Source: Nitrosopumilus sp. (lineage in GTDB: Archaea; Thermoproteota; Nitrososphaeria; Nitrososphaerales; Nitrosopumilaceae). From it: 64,000 nt of DNA. The translations under genes and the position numbers were made by a program. Shown here piece after piece: positions 22,736-33,492 of this stretch (positions are counted from its first letter, which is position 1; each line of letters starts with the position of its first letter). The notes beneath the pieces were generated by a model, which was not told the origin of the DNA, ran no database searches, and saw only the letters and a list, made by a program, of their open reading frames with translations. Where the stretch lies: positions 249,682-313,681 of the forward strand of contig CBDBGZ010000004.1 in NCBI GenBank assembly GCA_965205425.1, in the 5' to 3' direction.

Positions 22736-23751
22736 GCACGTAACCTCTTCATTTTTGCATGTTCACGTTTTCTATTGAATCCAGATTCATCACCTTTGAT
22801 TTCATGACCAGTATAAGATATGAAAACATCATCAAGTGTTGGCTGTGTTAAAGAGATAGATTTTATTTTTATTTCAAGTTCTGAGGAAAATTGAAAAATT
22901 TTAGGAATTACTTCAGTACCATTTGAAGCAAATAAGGTAAGTTTGGAACCATCTTCATTAATTTTGGTTACAAATTCAATTTTTCTAATTTTAGATAAGA
23001 AAGGATCACGATTTCGACCTTCATCAATAACGACTGAAATCACTTCATTGCCCATTGCATTTTTCATACTTTCAGGAGAATCAATTACTTGAATTTTTCC
23101 ACCATCAATGATTCCAACCCCATCACATAGCTGATCTGCTTCTTCCATATAGTGTGTAGATACAAAAATAGTCATCTCAAATTCAGTATGAATTTTTTTG
23201 ATATATTCCCAAATTTTTCTACGAGTTTGAATATCTAATCCAACTGTAGGCTCATCAAGAAACAAAACTTTTGGTCTGTGCAGTAAACCACCTGCAATAT
23301 CCAATCTTTTTCTCATACCACCAGAATATGTAACAACTGCTTGATCTTGTTTATCAACAAGTTCGATTAATTCCAAAACTTCATCAATTCTTTTGTTAAC
23401 TTCATTTTTTGGAATATGGTTAAGCTTGGCTTGTAACAAAAGATTTTCTCGTCCTGTAAGATACTCATCTACTGTTGATTCTTGTTGAACATATCCAATA
23501 TTTTCTCGAACTTTTTTAGGATTTGCAGTAACATCAAATCCAGAAATTAATGCTTTACCAGATGTTGGTTTTAGTAAAGTAGTAAGAATCATCATCGTAG
23601 TACTTTTTCCAGCGCCGTTAGGTCCGAGAAAACCAAAGATTTCACCCTTTTCAACAGTAAAGGAAATATCATTTACTGCAATTACATCTCCAAACGACTT
23701 GGTAAGAGATTTTGTTTCTATCGAATACAATACATTGATCGCAGTTGTCAA
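22732..23751 (-). CDS. ABC exporter ATP-binding subunit (DrrA-like)
   Basis: GPNGAGKST, YSGGM, LFLDEPT and STHYMEEA motifs. Confidence 0.95.
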   Translation of the reverse strand: MTTAINVLYSIETKSLTKSFGDVIAVNDISFTVEKGEIFGFLGPNGAGKSTTMMILTTLLKPTSGKALISGFDVTANPKKVRENIGYVQQESTVDEYLTGRENLLLQAKLNHIPKNEVNKRIDEVLELIELVDKQDQAVVTYSGGMRKRLDIAGGLLHRPKVLFLDEPTVGLDIQTRRKIWEYIKKIHTEFEMTIFVSTHYMEEADQLCDGVGIIDGGKIQVIDSPESMKNAMGNEVISVVIDEGRNRDPFLSKIRKIEFVTKINEDGSKLTLFASNGTEVIPKIFQFSSELEIKIKSISLTQPTLDDVFISYTGHEIKGDESGFNRKREHAKMKRLRA

Positions 23752-23822
23752 TTATAAATTGCTAAGTATTAGATTAGTCGATCCTCATAAAAAATTTAAA
23801 GACCAAATAAAGAGTTCAAAAC

Positions 23823-23921
23823 ATGAAAGGATTATGCCAAAAATGTCACTCATCAAATGTTGAGATAACAGTTAATGAAGGAATTCCTGTATGTGAAGTT
23901 TGTTCTAAAAAAATAGACTAA
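23823..23921 (+). CDS. 32-aa zinc-ribbon microprotein
   Basis: Manual translation MKGLCQKCHSSNVEITVNEGIPVCEVCSKKID (two CxxC); TTTAAA about 25 bp upstream. Confidence 0.7.
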   Translation: MKGLCQKCHSSNVEITVNEGIPVCEVCSKKID

Positions 23922-23958
23922 TCAAAAAAGTATTTTGAAAAAAGAAAATTAAAAGAAA

Positions 23959-24411
23959 TTATTCAAGATTCTTGAATTCTTCTTTAGTTATTCTTAAAAT
24001 AACTTTTTCTCCAACTCCCCAAATTTCAGATTTGGACAGAATTTTTGAATGCAATAAACCGTCACTAACTTCTATTGTTTCCAATTCACTAGTTTCAGAA
24101 TTTTTGTGCAATCTTTTTACTTTGCCTATTTTGTGACTATCAATATCAGTTACTGGGATTCCAGTTCTTACAGGAGGTCGACTAAGTAGTAATGTTTCTG
24201 CAGAAAACTTGTCGATATAGTCTTCAGATAGAAAATAATCTCTACGAAATCCTTGATGAATAGTTACACCATTAACAACTAGTGTGTCTTGATTGATGTG
24301 GATGTGTTTGACTTTGCCATATTGAATTCCTTCTCTATCGATGACTTTTTTTCCAGTAAATGTATCTGCAGTAGCTAAATTGCTAGGCATTCCTTCGAGT
24401 TTTACTGACAT
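23959..24411 (-). CDS. Tandem PRC-barrel protein
   Basis: Two GxxVxDxxGxxxGKV repeats. Confidence 0.82.
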   Translation of the reverse strand: MSVKLEGMPSNLATADTFTGKKVIDREGIQYGKVKHIHINQDTLVVNGVTIHQGFRRDYFLSEDYIDKFSAETLLLSRPPVRTGIPVTDIDSHKIGKVKRLHKNSETSELETIEVSDGLLHSKILSKSEIWGVGEKVILRITKEEFKNLE

Positions 24412-24499
24412 GGTACTGAATCAACAGATTTGCTTATCACATCGAATATCAGAAATTTCTATCAATGGGGTTAAATTACTTGACAGAAGAAAATTACGC

Positions 24500-24817
24500 A
24501 TGGAAATCAAAGAAAGGCGCTTCAGACCAATCCTAACCACCAAAGGAAGGAAAACAGGGAAAGAACATTCAGTAATGCTCAGAGCAGTGAATTATAATGG
24601 AAAAATCTACTTTTCTAGACATAAACCCGACGGGGATTGGTTTCAAAATGCCATTATAAATTCAGAGGTTAGAATAAAATACAATGCAAAAACATTCACA
24701 GGAAAAGCTCAGTTAGTTCAAGATGAAGAATTAGATAAAAAAATTTCAATGTTAAAGTATCCAGGAGAAGAAAGAGCTAAAGAAAAAAGAGTTACAATCG
24801 AAGTTACGTTAATTTAA
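24500..24817 (+). CDS. Deazaflavin (F420)-dependent nitroreductase-like split-barrel protein
   Basis: LTTKGRKTGK and DWFQN motifs; probable start ATG 24500. Confidence 0.75.
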   Translation: MEIKERRFRPILTTKGRKTGKEHSVMLRAVNYNGKIYFSRHKPDGDWFQNAIINSEVRIKYNAKTFTGKAQLVQDEELDKKISMLKYPGEERAKEKRVTIEVTLI

Positions 24818-24819
24818 TT

Positions 24820-25725
24820 GGTGATTGTAAACCTATTACCACCAACTATTTTTGAGTAATTATTGGAAAAAACAATCAACATAATTGAGTTATCTAAAAT
24901 AATTCACAACAAATCAACGGCATTGGAATTTCTCTGCAACCAATTCAAAAAGAAAAACACAATTCATTGTTCATCATGTAACTCTGAGAATTACTATATT
25001 ATTTCAAGAGGGAAACTAAGATGCAAAGATTGCAAGACAGATTATAGACCGTTTGCTGGAACATGGTTTGATATCATCAACATTAATTTTACAAAATGGT
25101 TGGCCCTAGTCAAACTATTTGATCTTGGGATTAGTGCAAGACGTGCAGCTAGAGAAGCGGATGTCAGTTATCCAACTGCACTAAATGCTTTTGATTGTAT
25201 TAGATATGCCATACTGTATCATCTAGCAGAATCTGACAAGAAACTAAAAGGGAAAATTGAGGCTGACGAGGCGTATTTTGGAGGAAAAAGAAAGGGAAAT
25301 CGTGGCAGAGGTGCCAAGAACAAGACCATCGTATTTGGCATACTGGAAAGAAAGGGAAAAGTTCACGTTGAGATTGTAAACAACGTCAAAGCTAAAACTC
25401 TTCTTGCAAGCACCATCAAGAAAGTAAAGAAAGGAAGTATTGTGTATACGGACAAGTGGAAAGGATATGATTCTCTAATTTTCAATGGTTACAAGCATCT
25501 CTCAATAGACCACAGCAAAATGTTTGGTAAAGGCGATGTTTACATAAATGGAATCGAAGGGTTTTGGAGTTTTGCAAAAGAGAACATGGCAAAGCATCAC
25601 GGAGTAAGTCCAGGAAAGTTTTTGTTGTACATCAAAGAAATGGAATGGAGATACAACAACAGAGATGAGGATACTTTCTCATTATTGTTAGATTATGTGT
25701 TGGTGGTGAATAATTGATAATCACC
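24820..25725 (+). mobile_element. IS1595-family element, copy 2
   Basis: 906 bp; TSD ATTTAATT; ORF 24863-25717 gives the same protein as copy 1. Confidence 0.96.
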
Positions 25726-26511
25726 ATTTAATTTTTTAAAAAATTTATACAAATAGTAAGTGGTCAATCCACCAAGAATTAAAGTAATTATTAAAAATGG
25801 AATAAATAAATCAGATGTAGTTGTAATCAATTCACCAGAAGATAATGTGATATCAACAACATCTAAAGATTCTTCTTTCAATTTTTCAGGGATTTTAAAT
25901 GCATCCAAATCCATTTCAGATTCAGCAGTTGGAACAGGTGCCATAGTAGGTTGAGCAGATTCATCAGCAGCAAGAGATTTTGAGGATGCAAAATTTTGTG
26001 TAGAATCTTCAACAGACGAAAGTTCTCTACTATACATTGGTTCAGCAATTGGAATTTGAGTATTCTTTTGTATTTGAGATAATGAAAATAAGCCAGATAG
26101 TCCAGTTGCGATTCCAAATCCTGTAACTTTGTAAATATGTCTAAAAGAACGAACTAGGAGTTTACTTTCTCTAGTTTTATCAGATAGTTTGGGGGGAACA
26201 ATTACAAGACTAAATTTTGAAGCAGTGTAAATTTTCATATCCTGTGATTTTGAGTTTTTTTCAACTTTTGATATTTTGACAACCCCAAGATCTTGTAGTT
26301 TGTTAAGATGATATTTTACCAGTTGTAGAGATACATCACTTTTTTGAGCAATCTGAGTAGCAGTCAAATCATCATTAAACAATAATTGAAGGATTTCACG
26401 GCTAGAATCATTTGTAAATATCTCACCAAAAGACTTTATCTTTTCATCATCAGTTGCAAGAATTTTGATATTTTCAGTCAAATCATCATTTGAAAATTCA
26501 TCACTAGACAA
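25693..26511 (-). CDS. ArsR-like winged-helix regulator with membrane segments
   Basis: TATQIAQKSDVSLQLVKYHLNKL helix-turn-helix; C-terminal TM; last 10 aa come from IS1595. Confidence 0.85.
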   Translation of the reverse strand: MSSDEFSNDDLTENIKILATDDEKIKSFGEIFTNDSSREILQLLFNDDLTATQIAQKSDVSLQLVKYHLNKLQDLGVVKISKVEKNSKSQDMKIYTASKFSLVIVPPKLSDKTRESKLLVRSFRHIYKVTGFGIATGLSGLFSLSQIQKNTQIPIAEPMYSRELSSVEDSTQNFASSKSLAADESAQPTMAPVPTAESEMDLDAFKIPEKLKEESLDVVDITLSSGELITTTSDLFIPFLIITLILGGLTTYYLYKFFKKLNGDYQLFTTNT

Positions 26512-26657
26512 TAGAGTTGTTTATGAAAATCTAGTATATGTAAATTGTTTGGTAAAATTTGAATTTCACTAAACTTTTTATCTCAAACTACAAAATAATA
26601 GTAATCACTAAATGATAGAATTTAAAAAAATGAATATCTAAAAAGTGGAGAAGAAAA

Positions 26658-28886
26658 ATGAGTCAAAAAATAACAATACCAATAGTAATTGCCATTTCGG
26701 TCATAGTCACAGCAGGAGTAATGTTTTCAGTAGGATTTGAAAACCAACCACAAATTACTCAAGCACCACAGACAGAAATTATCTATGTTGAGAAAACAGT
26801 TTCAGAATTTTTTGAAGGAACAAATGACATTAAAAAAATATCATCACAGGAAGAGCTAAAAGACATACTTGAAACTTCATCATTACTTGAAGGAAATTTT
26901 TATAGAGATGGATTCATGAGAAGAGCTCAAACAGCAAGTCTTGAAGTTAGTGAAGATACAGCACTGATGGCAGTAGCTCCAATGTTAGAGATGGAGAAAA
27001 ATACATCAGGAGGATCAGACTATTCAACTACAAATGTTCAAGTCCAAAATGTAGATGAACCAGACTATCTCAAAAATGATTCAAAATATGTATACATTGT
27101 ATCACAAAATACACTTTCAATTATAGATGCATATCCTGCTGAATCTGCAAAATTAATTCTAAAAATTGCACTAGACATTGAATCGCAATACATTCAAAAC
27201 ATATTCCTAAATGACGACAGATTGGTAATATTTTACAATGGACAAAGCGATGATGAAATAATTCCACAGTATGACTTTATTCCAAGACGTTCGTACAGTT
27301 CTGTCACACATGCATTAATTGTAGATGTATCAGACAAGGAACATCCTACAATACTCAAAGATTATTCCATTGATGGTCATTTCAGGGATGCACGAATGAT
27401 TGGAGATTATGCATACTTTGTAACAAACAGCAATGTAGACCATCAATATCCGAAACTACCAGTAATTATGGAGGGTTCAAGGATAATTGCAACACCTAAT
27501 GCATTTTACTTTGATAATGTAGAACAATTTTCAAACTTTAACACATTAACTGCGATTGATATTTTTGGAGACAAAATAAGTTCTGAATCATTCCTAATGG
27601 GATATTCTGGGACATTTTATGTATCTAAAGATAACTTTTATCTAACATATCAACAAAATATGCCATTTGGATTTTATGAAAATTCATCTAGGGACAGATT
27701 TTTTGATGTAGTAGTACCACTATTGCCAAATAGCATACAGGAACAAATCAAAGAAATACAAAATGATTCTTCAATTAATGCTACAACACAATGGTTAAAA
27801 ATTTCAGAACTAATGCAAAATTCTTACAATCAGTTGGATAAAGATGACAAAGAAAAACAATTTGAAATAATTAGAGAAGCATTAAACGAATATGACGCCA
27901 AAATTCAAGAAGACACAAGAAAAACAATAATTCACAAAATTTCAATCGATGAAGATAAAATTGAATATGCTGCAAAAGGTTCTGTTCCAGGTAGACTACT
28001 AAACCAATTCTCAATGGATGAAAATGAGGATAGATTCAGAGTTGCAACAACTACAGAATATTATATTCAACATCAAGGTACAGTAAGGGCTAATGCAGTC
28101 TATGTTCTTGATGAACAACTAAACATTGTTGGAGAACTAGATGAAATTGCTCCAGATGAGAGCATTTTCTCGGCACGATTCATGGGTGATAGGCTATACT
28201 TGGTCACATTCCAGCAAATTGACCCATTCTTTGTTATTGACTTGTCATCTGACACCCCAAAAATTCTAGGAGAATTGAAAATTCCAGGATTTTCAAATTA
28301 TTTACACCCATATGATGATGAACATGTTATTGGCTTTGGTAGAGATACAAAAGAAATAGATAATGGTAGAGTCCAACAACTAGGAATCAAAATTGCATTG
28401 TTCAACGTAGCAGATGTAAATAATCCCAAAGTTGCAGATGACATCATAGTTGGAGATAGTTCAACTCATTCAGAGGCATTACATAATCACAAGGCATTCT
28501 TCTTTGACAAAAAAAGGAACATATTATCAGTTCCAATTAGCGGAGATACTGAAAGTCTAAATGGGATTTCAAGTTCCAAAATAGGATTTGCATCAGATTA
28601 TAACCGTTGGAGTGGATTCTATGTATTTGACGTAGATACCTCAACAGGATTTAGTCTCAAAGGAACAGTAACTCACTCTGCTGAAGATACACGTTATTAT
28701 GGAATGGGCAATGCAAGAACATTCTACATAGATGATGTTTTGTATACAGCATCTAAAGAATTTTTGAAGATGAACTCTATGAGTAGTTTGGAAGAAATTA
28801 ATTCAATAAAACTTGAAAACACTGGAAAATTTATCGAGTACATGGATGAAGGAATAATTCGTGAAGCTATACCAGATGGACAATAG
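26658..28886 (+). CDS. Secreted beta-propeller domain protein
   Basis: YSTTNVQVQNVDEPD, LLNQFSMDE, VTFQQIDP and ELKIPGFSNYLHP motifs; N-terminal anchor. Confidence 0.88.
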   Translation: MSQKITIPIVIAISVIVTAGVMFSVGFENQPQITQAPQTEIIYVEKTVSEFFEGTNDIKKISSQEELKDILETSSLLEGNFYRDGFMRRAQTASLEVSEDTALMAVAPMLEMEKNTSGGSDYSTTNVQVQNVDEPDYLKNDSKYVYIVSQNTLSIIDAYPAESAKLILKIALDIESQYIQNIFLNDDRLVIFYNGQSDDEIIPQYDFIPRRSYSSVTHALIVDVSDKEHPTILKDYSIDGHFRDARMIGDYAYFVTNSNVDHQYPKLPVIMEGSRIIATPNAFYFDNVEQFSNFNTLTAIDIFGDKISSESFLMGYSGTFYVSKDNFYLTYQQNMPFGFYENSSRDRFFDVVVPLLPNSIQEQIKEIQNDSSINATTQWLKISELMQNSYNQLDKDDKEKQFEIIREALNEYDAKIQEDTRKTIIHKISIDEDKIEYAAKGSVPGRLLNQFSMDENEDRFRVATTTEYYIQHQGTVRANAVYVLDEQLNIVGELDEIAPDESIFSARFMGDRLYLVTFQQIDPFFVIDLSSDTPKILGELKIPGFSNYLHPYDDEHVIGFGRDTKEIDNGRVQQLGIKIALFNVADVNNPKVADDIIVGDSSTHSEALHNHKAFFFDKKRNILSVPISGDTESLNGISSSKIGFASDYNRWSGFYVFDVDTSTGFSLKGTVTHSAEDTRYYGMGNARTFYIDDVLYTASKEFLKMNSMSSLEEINSIKLENTGKFIEYMDEGIIREAIPDGQ

Positions 28887-29544
28887 TTGAAACACCACGT
28901 CTATCAAATTCTACATCATTTTCAATTTCACTTAGAGTCACAGTAAATGAAATAACATCACGAGGTTTTGCATTTTCGGCATGAAGTTTCAAATGTATAT
29001 CTAACATTTCAGATTCTTGTGTAGGTAAGTTTTTCTCATCCAGTGAAGCACCACATGTAGATTCAATTCTAAATCTATCATCTTTAAAATGAAATCCAAG
29101 TTTTATTTTCCTTCCTTTTCTTCCAGAGCCTTTAACATTTACGTCAATTATTCCAGGTTTTGTTTCAGTATATCCAGATTTTTGATTTACAAAAACACCT
29201 ATTTCAAGAGGTTTTCCTGCAGTAGACTCGGCCATCTTTTGAATTCCATCATTCATTACAACATCTACTGCTTTGATAGAGATTGCAACTTTGGCTATCC
29301 AATCATTAGTACGTGTGATGGTAGCACGAATCCCTGCCCGTCTTCTTTTATCTTCATCTTCAGGTAATTTGTAATAATCAACCCAGGCCTCATAATCATG
29401 GGAAATATCCTCAATAAAATCAATACAAGTTCTCTTGTAATCATCAACATTGTCAGTTCTAAGTGAAGCGTCATCTGTCCTCATCCCATCAAAATCCATA
29501 GGCATTGCCATACTATGATCTGATTGAAGTTCTAAAAAAACCAA
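28867..29544 (-). CDS. Hypothetical protein (start uncertain)
   Basis: Long ORF divergent from the next gene. Confidence 0.7.
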   Translation of the reverse strand: MVFLELQSDHSMAMPMDFDGMRTDDASLRTDNVDDYKRTCIDFIEDISHDYEAWVDYYKLPEDEDKRRRAGIRATITRTNDWIAKVAISIKAVDVVMNDGIQKMAESTAGKPLEIGVFVNQKSGYTETKPGIIDVNVKGSGRKGRKIKLGFHFKDDRFRIESTCGASLDEKNLPTQESEMLDIHLKLHAENAKPRDVISFTVTLSEIENDVEFDRRGVSTIVHLV

Positions 29545-29592
29545 TCTTGAGAGAAATTAATGAATATAATAGGAATTTTCCAATAATTAATC

Positions 29593-30072
29593 ATGGTATT
29601 TTCAGAATTAGTAGATGATTTACAATTACAACTAAAAAAAGACCTTGCACAAATTAGATTTCTTTTAAAGAAAAATCCAGCAATGGCATATACTAGAATT
29701 GTAGAAATTGGAAAAGAAGTTGGCAAAAAATACAATATCAAATTAATTGTAAATTTTCCAAAACAAGGAAAAATAGAAGAATTTGAAAAATATGGAAAAA
29801 GAGATTTGAGTTTAATTATTGACTATGATAAGAAAAGATTTCCCATAGATAGAGAGATAATCAAACAAAAAGCAATTGAAATGCTAGGAGATGTAAAAAC
29901 TGAAGATGCCTACATGTATGAAAACAAAGAAGGAGTCAGAGTATTTACAGATAATTGGAAAATAGACATCTTACCTCATTCAGTTCACATTTGGACTGAT
30001 TTTGATGATAATGTCACAGCATTTTGTAATTGGTTAATGGAAAATGCATATGAAATGAAAAAGAAGACTTGA
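29593..30072 (+). CDS. Hypothetical protein
   Basis: 159-aa ORF with typical composition. Confidence 0.75.
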   Translation: MVFSELVDDLQLQLKKDLAQIRFLLKKNPAMAYTRIVEIGKEVGKKYNIKLIVNFPKQGKIEEFEKYGKRDLSLIIDYDKKRFPIDREIIKQKAIEMLGDVKTEDAYMYENKEGVRVFTDNWKIDILPHSVHIWTDFDDNVTAFCNWLMENAYEMKKKT

Positions 30073-30081
30073 TTTCAAAAA

Positions 30082-30441
30082 TTATAGACTTTTAAGTTTT
30101 TCAAGTAAATCTTGAGCTTCAAGATTTTTTGGTTGAAGTTTAACTACTAGTTTACAACATTCAATTGCTTCATTTTTTTGCTCCAATGCTAAATGTACAT
30201 TAGTTTTCAAAGTTAATGTCTCAATATCATCATTATCTAATTCAAATGCTTTTTCAAAATAGGGCAATGCTTTTTTTGCATCATCAACAATAAAGAAGGC
30301 ACTTCCTAAAATAAACATAAAATCATGATCGTTAGAATATTCAGATTCTAAATTGAGACTAAATTTTATTGCCTCATCATATTCACCATCTCTGAGAAGT
30401 TTTTTGATATGACGTTTTGGTTTATTGAAAAGACCAACCAT
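30082..30441 (-). CDS. TPR-repeat protein
   Basis: Helical A..YFEKAFELD and EAIECC..VVKLQP patterns. Confidence 0.8.
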   Translation of the reverse strand: MVGLFNKPKRHIKKLLRDGEYDEAIKFSLNLESEYSNDHDFMFILGSAFFIVDDAKKALPYFEKAFELDNDDIETLTLKTNVHLALEQKNEAIECCKLVVKLQPKNLEAQDLLEKLKSL

Positions 30442-30490
30442 AGTAAATCATAATTTTTAATGAATATTCACAATTTGAATGTAGACCAGA

Positions 30491-31969
30491 TTAGGAGGAT
30501 ACACTCATGATTCCTTCTTCAATAAGAAATTGAATTCCGCCAATAAAGGATTCATCATCTATTATACCATCAGCCCACCATCCGGCATTATTCTTTATCC
30601 AAGATGGGATTTCATTATTTCCACCAGAAGAGCCTTGAGAAGTTGGAGGGATTTTCACAATACCTTCTTGAATCAAAAATTGAATTCCCTGAACGAATGA
30701 GCCATCATCGATTGCCCCATCAGCCCACCATCCAGCATTATTCTTTATCCAAGATGGGATTTCTTGGGTTGAGACAGGATCAGGGACAAAGATAGTAGTT
30801 GTTCCATCATTAGCATAAATTGGAGCTGAAACTTCTAGATAATCAGATGCAACGTTTGGGACAATACCTTTAGGTGCCAAACCATAAACCCAGATAACAT
30901 AGTTTGCTGTGCCAGGTTCTTCTTTAATAATAAAATCAAGGATTGCCTGCCCAGATGGAGAATAAAGGAAATCTGTACCTTCCTCTTGAGCAATGGATCT
31001 TAATGGAGTTAAATTGTCATCGACAACAAGGAAATCATATTGGACTTGATTTAGAAATTCAGTATCATCATATTTACTGATAAATTTGATGAGCCACTGA
31101 GCTTCACATCCTTGAACTAAATCCTCAGGCCCATAGAAAATATGAATTTGATAATCAAAGTTGTTTGTAGGTTTTTTAATACTCATTGATTTTTCAAAGT
31201 CTGTTTCACATCCAGCTGCGGCAGAATCTTCATCGGTTGAGGTGTATTGTGCAATTGGAGAGTCTTGAACATTTTCTTTATAGTCTAATAAAACAAATTC
31301 ATATTCGGTTGGCGGAATTCCTTCTGAAACATGAGTATATGTTTTAGCTTTTACTGGAAATGGAAAATCATCCACAATCCAAACCTTGCTTGTGACACCA
31401 CCTGTTTTCCATCCAACTTGAACGGTTTCCCAGGTTCCTGTAGATGTAACAACTGATTCAATGACCATTGGAACTACCTGTTCGCCACCAATATTTCCAA
31501 TCTTACCCCATGATTTGTCTGCAAATTTCTTTGGACCTTTTCCACCAGAACTATCATCAGAAGTTGCAAATGCAGATAACCATACTACAGAGGATTTGAA
31601 TGCACTACGATATTTACCTAATTCTTCACTACCACCAGTTGGTTCTAGTGCAATTTTTCCAAGTTCTATTTCACCTACAATTATTTTATTTCCATCAAAT
31701 ACTGCAACTTCAGCTAACCACTGAGTTTCACTACCAACTTGCTTGTCTCCCTTAATCCACATATCCAATTCAAAATTGGTACATTCCTTGTAATATACAT
31801 GACACATAGAATAAGAAAAGAAGTCACCTTGTTTGAGGCCTTCACCAGCATGCCATTCACCAGGATGATCAACCCCCCCAGCTTGTAATTGAGCAAAAGC
31901 AGACGGAGCTGCCAATGAACCAAACAATAGTGCAGTAATAGCAGTAATTAGTAATAATGATCCTTTCAA
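30491..31969 (-). CDS. Secreted protein with two C-terminal IPSWIKNNAGWW repeats
   Basis: Signal peptide ending AFA; duplicated EIPSWIKNNAGWWADG.IDD.SF..GIQFLI module, as seen in thaumarchaeal surface proteins. Confidence 0.85.
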   Translation of the reverse strand: MKGSLLLITAITALLFGSLAAPSAFAQLQAGGVDHPGEWHAGEGLKQGDFFSYSMCHVYYKECTNFELDMWIKGDKQVGSETQWLAEVAVFDGNKIIVGEIELGKIALEPTGGSEELGKYRSAFKSSVVWLSAFATSDDSSGGKGPKKFADKSWGKIGNIGGEQVVPMVIESVVTSTGTWETVQVGWKTGGVTSKVWIVDDFPFPVKAKTYTHVSEGIPPTEYEFVLLDYKENVQDSPIAQYTSTDEDSAAAGCETDFEKSMSIKKPTNNFDYQIHIFYGPEDLVQGCEAQWLIKFISKYDDTEFLNQVQYDFLVVDDNLTPLRSIAQEEGTDFLYSPSGQAILDFIIKEEPGTANYVIWVYGLAPKGIVPNVASDYLEVSAPIYANDGTTTIFVPDPVSTQEIPSWIKNNAGWWADGAIDDGSFVQGIQFLIQEGIVKIPPTSQGSSGGNNEIPSWIKNNAGWWADGIIDDESFIGGIQFLIEEGIMSVSS

Positions 31970-32094
31970 ATCTGAAAAAAATTGGCAAAACAGATAGTTA
32001 AACGTTATTCAATAATGTAAAAAATGAGAAAAACTAGGAGTAAAATCTTGTTCAAATAAGCAAATATAGAGGAATAAGTACAGAAATTCCAGAA

Positions 32095-32262
32095 ATGTGT
32101 GAATGCTCAAAAGTTCACTTGTTTGAAGTAGAATTCAAACTGGATGGAATGACTGTAGTTCCTACTCACAAGAACTGTGGGTTTGGATTAGATGAAAAAC
32201 AAGCAGACAAGTTCCAAAAAGAGTTAGTAAAATCATGGGGCTTTGAGGAAGAAGAAGATTAA
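32095..32262 (+). CDS. 55-aa putative metal-binding protein
   Basis: Manual translation MCECSKVHLFEVEFKLDGMTVVPTHKNCGFGLDEKQADKFQKELVKSWGFEEEED. Confidence 0.7.
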   Translation: MCECSKVHLFEVEFKLDGMTVVPTHKNCGFGLDEKQADKFQKELVKSWGFEEEED

Positions 32263-32298
32263 TCAAAAAATAAAAAATTAGTATTGGAGAAAATCCAA

Positions 32299-32442
32299 TT
32301 ACATATCTTTAGTTGCTTCTTTACAAACGTCGGTATTACATTTGCAATCAGAACTGCATATACAATGACCTTGCATTGCACAATCACATGAGTAATCTGG
32401 ATCGCCGCTGTCAGCTTCGCATCCACATGCTTGATCTACCAT
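32299..32442 (-). CDS. Metallothionein-like Cys-rich peptide (47 aa)
   Basis: Manual translation MVDQACGCEADSGDPDYSCDCAMQGHCICSSDCKCNTDVCKEATKDM: 9 Cys, four CxC; TTTTAAAA about 25 bp upstream. Confidence 0.78.
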   Translation of the reverse strand: MVDQACGCEADSGDPDYSCDCAMQGHCICSSDCKCNTDVCKEATKDM

Positions 32443-32495
32443 AGTAAACTAGAGATTTTACTTATTTTAAAAGGTTAGTACATCCAGATAAAATA

Positions 32496-33380
32496 TTACG
32501 CACTTGAAAGAATCTCAAGAATTTCATTACAAGATTTTTGCACAAGTTCTGATTGTTGCTGAAGAAGATTAGAATCAGCCTCAACATCAAAGGCGATTTT
32601 CAGAATATGGATAAGGTCTTGTTTATGATTTAATATATCCTTGATTTTCACAAAGTTTTCTTTGTTTACATATCCAAGATAAAAATAGCAATCAGAAAGC
32701 ATTGAGTTTTTTACAAAGAAATCATGTTTTTGTTGAATAATTTGAGAGTGATTATTTTTTTCTACTAAATCAGAAAATCCTATTGTAGATTTCAATATTC
32801 TTTCAAGTAATGTAGGAGTGGCTCGTTCGATACCAACAGTCTGAGTTACAATAGAAATATGTTCATTAATGATATTTTTTTCTAGTTTTCGAAGTTGATC
32901 AAGCATATGTGAAGGACTTGAACGTTGATGGTTAATTGAAGAAATAGCATTTGCAAGATAATAACTTGCACATTTTTGCCAACAAGGTGCAAATACATCA
33001 GAAGACTCGATAGATTCTTTTGTTTTTTGACAACAAAATTGTGATTCAATCAAACAATTTTTTGCAAAATCAGAGTGCAAGGATGTATATTTTTCACGAA
33101 TTTTGGAAAGTAACATTTGTAAATCCCAAGATTCATCATTAATAATTTGTGTTTGGTCATAAAGTAAAAGTTTATCAGAACGAGTTTCTTTCAAAGATGC
33201 ATGGTGAATAATTACAAAATTTTCTTCATATTGGATAATTTTTGATTCTTCAGATTTATCATCAAAAACAAAAAGATCATAATCACATGAATCAAAAAAC
33301 AGATCAGAAGTCCTGCAGCCACCTAATCCAACAGGAAACGAAGATAATCCATTTTGTGCAATGAATTTTTTGATATCCAT
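32496..33380 (-). CDS. Hypothetical protein with nucleotidyltransferase-like N-terminus
   Basis: GLGGC...DSCDYDLFVF resembles the hG[GS]..DxD pattern. Confidence 0.65.
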   Translation of the reverse strand: MDIKKFIAQNGLSSFPVGLGGCRTSDLFFDSCDYDLFVFDDKSEESKIIQYEENFVIIHHASLKETRSDKLLLYDQTQIINDESWDLQMLLSKIREKYTSLHSDFAKNCLIESQFCCQKTKESIESSDVFAPCWQKCASYYLANAISSINHQRSSPSHMLDQLRKLEKNIINEHISIVTQTVGIERATPTLLERILKSTIGFSDLVEKNNHSQIIQQKHDFFVKNSMLSDCYFYLGYVNKENFVKIKDILNHKQDLIHILKIAFDVEADSNLLQQQSELVQKSCNEILEILSSA

Positions 33381-33492
33381 GTTATTTGGTAACTGTGATT
33401 TTTCTATAAAGGAATTAACTCACAAAGTTTTACAAATTCATTCAAAGTCAAAACATTTCCTTTAAATTGAGATTGGATTTGTTTTTTATCAA

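Noticed and set aside
30500..30770. DNA direct repeat near 30565 and 30715
   Set aside because: Explained by the duplicated IPSWIKNNAGWW protein module.
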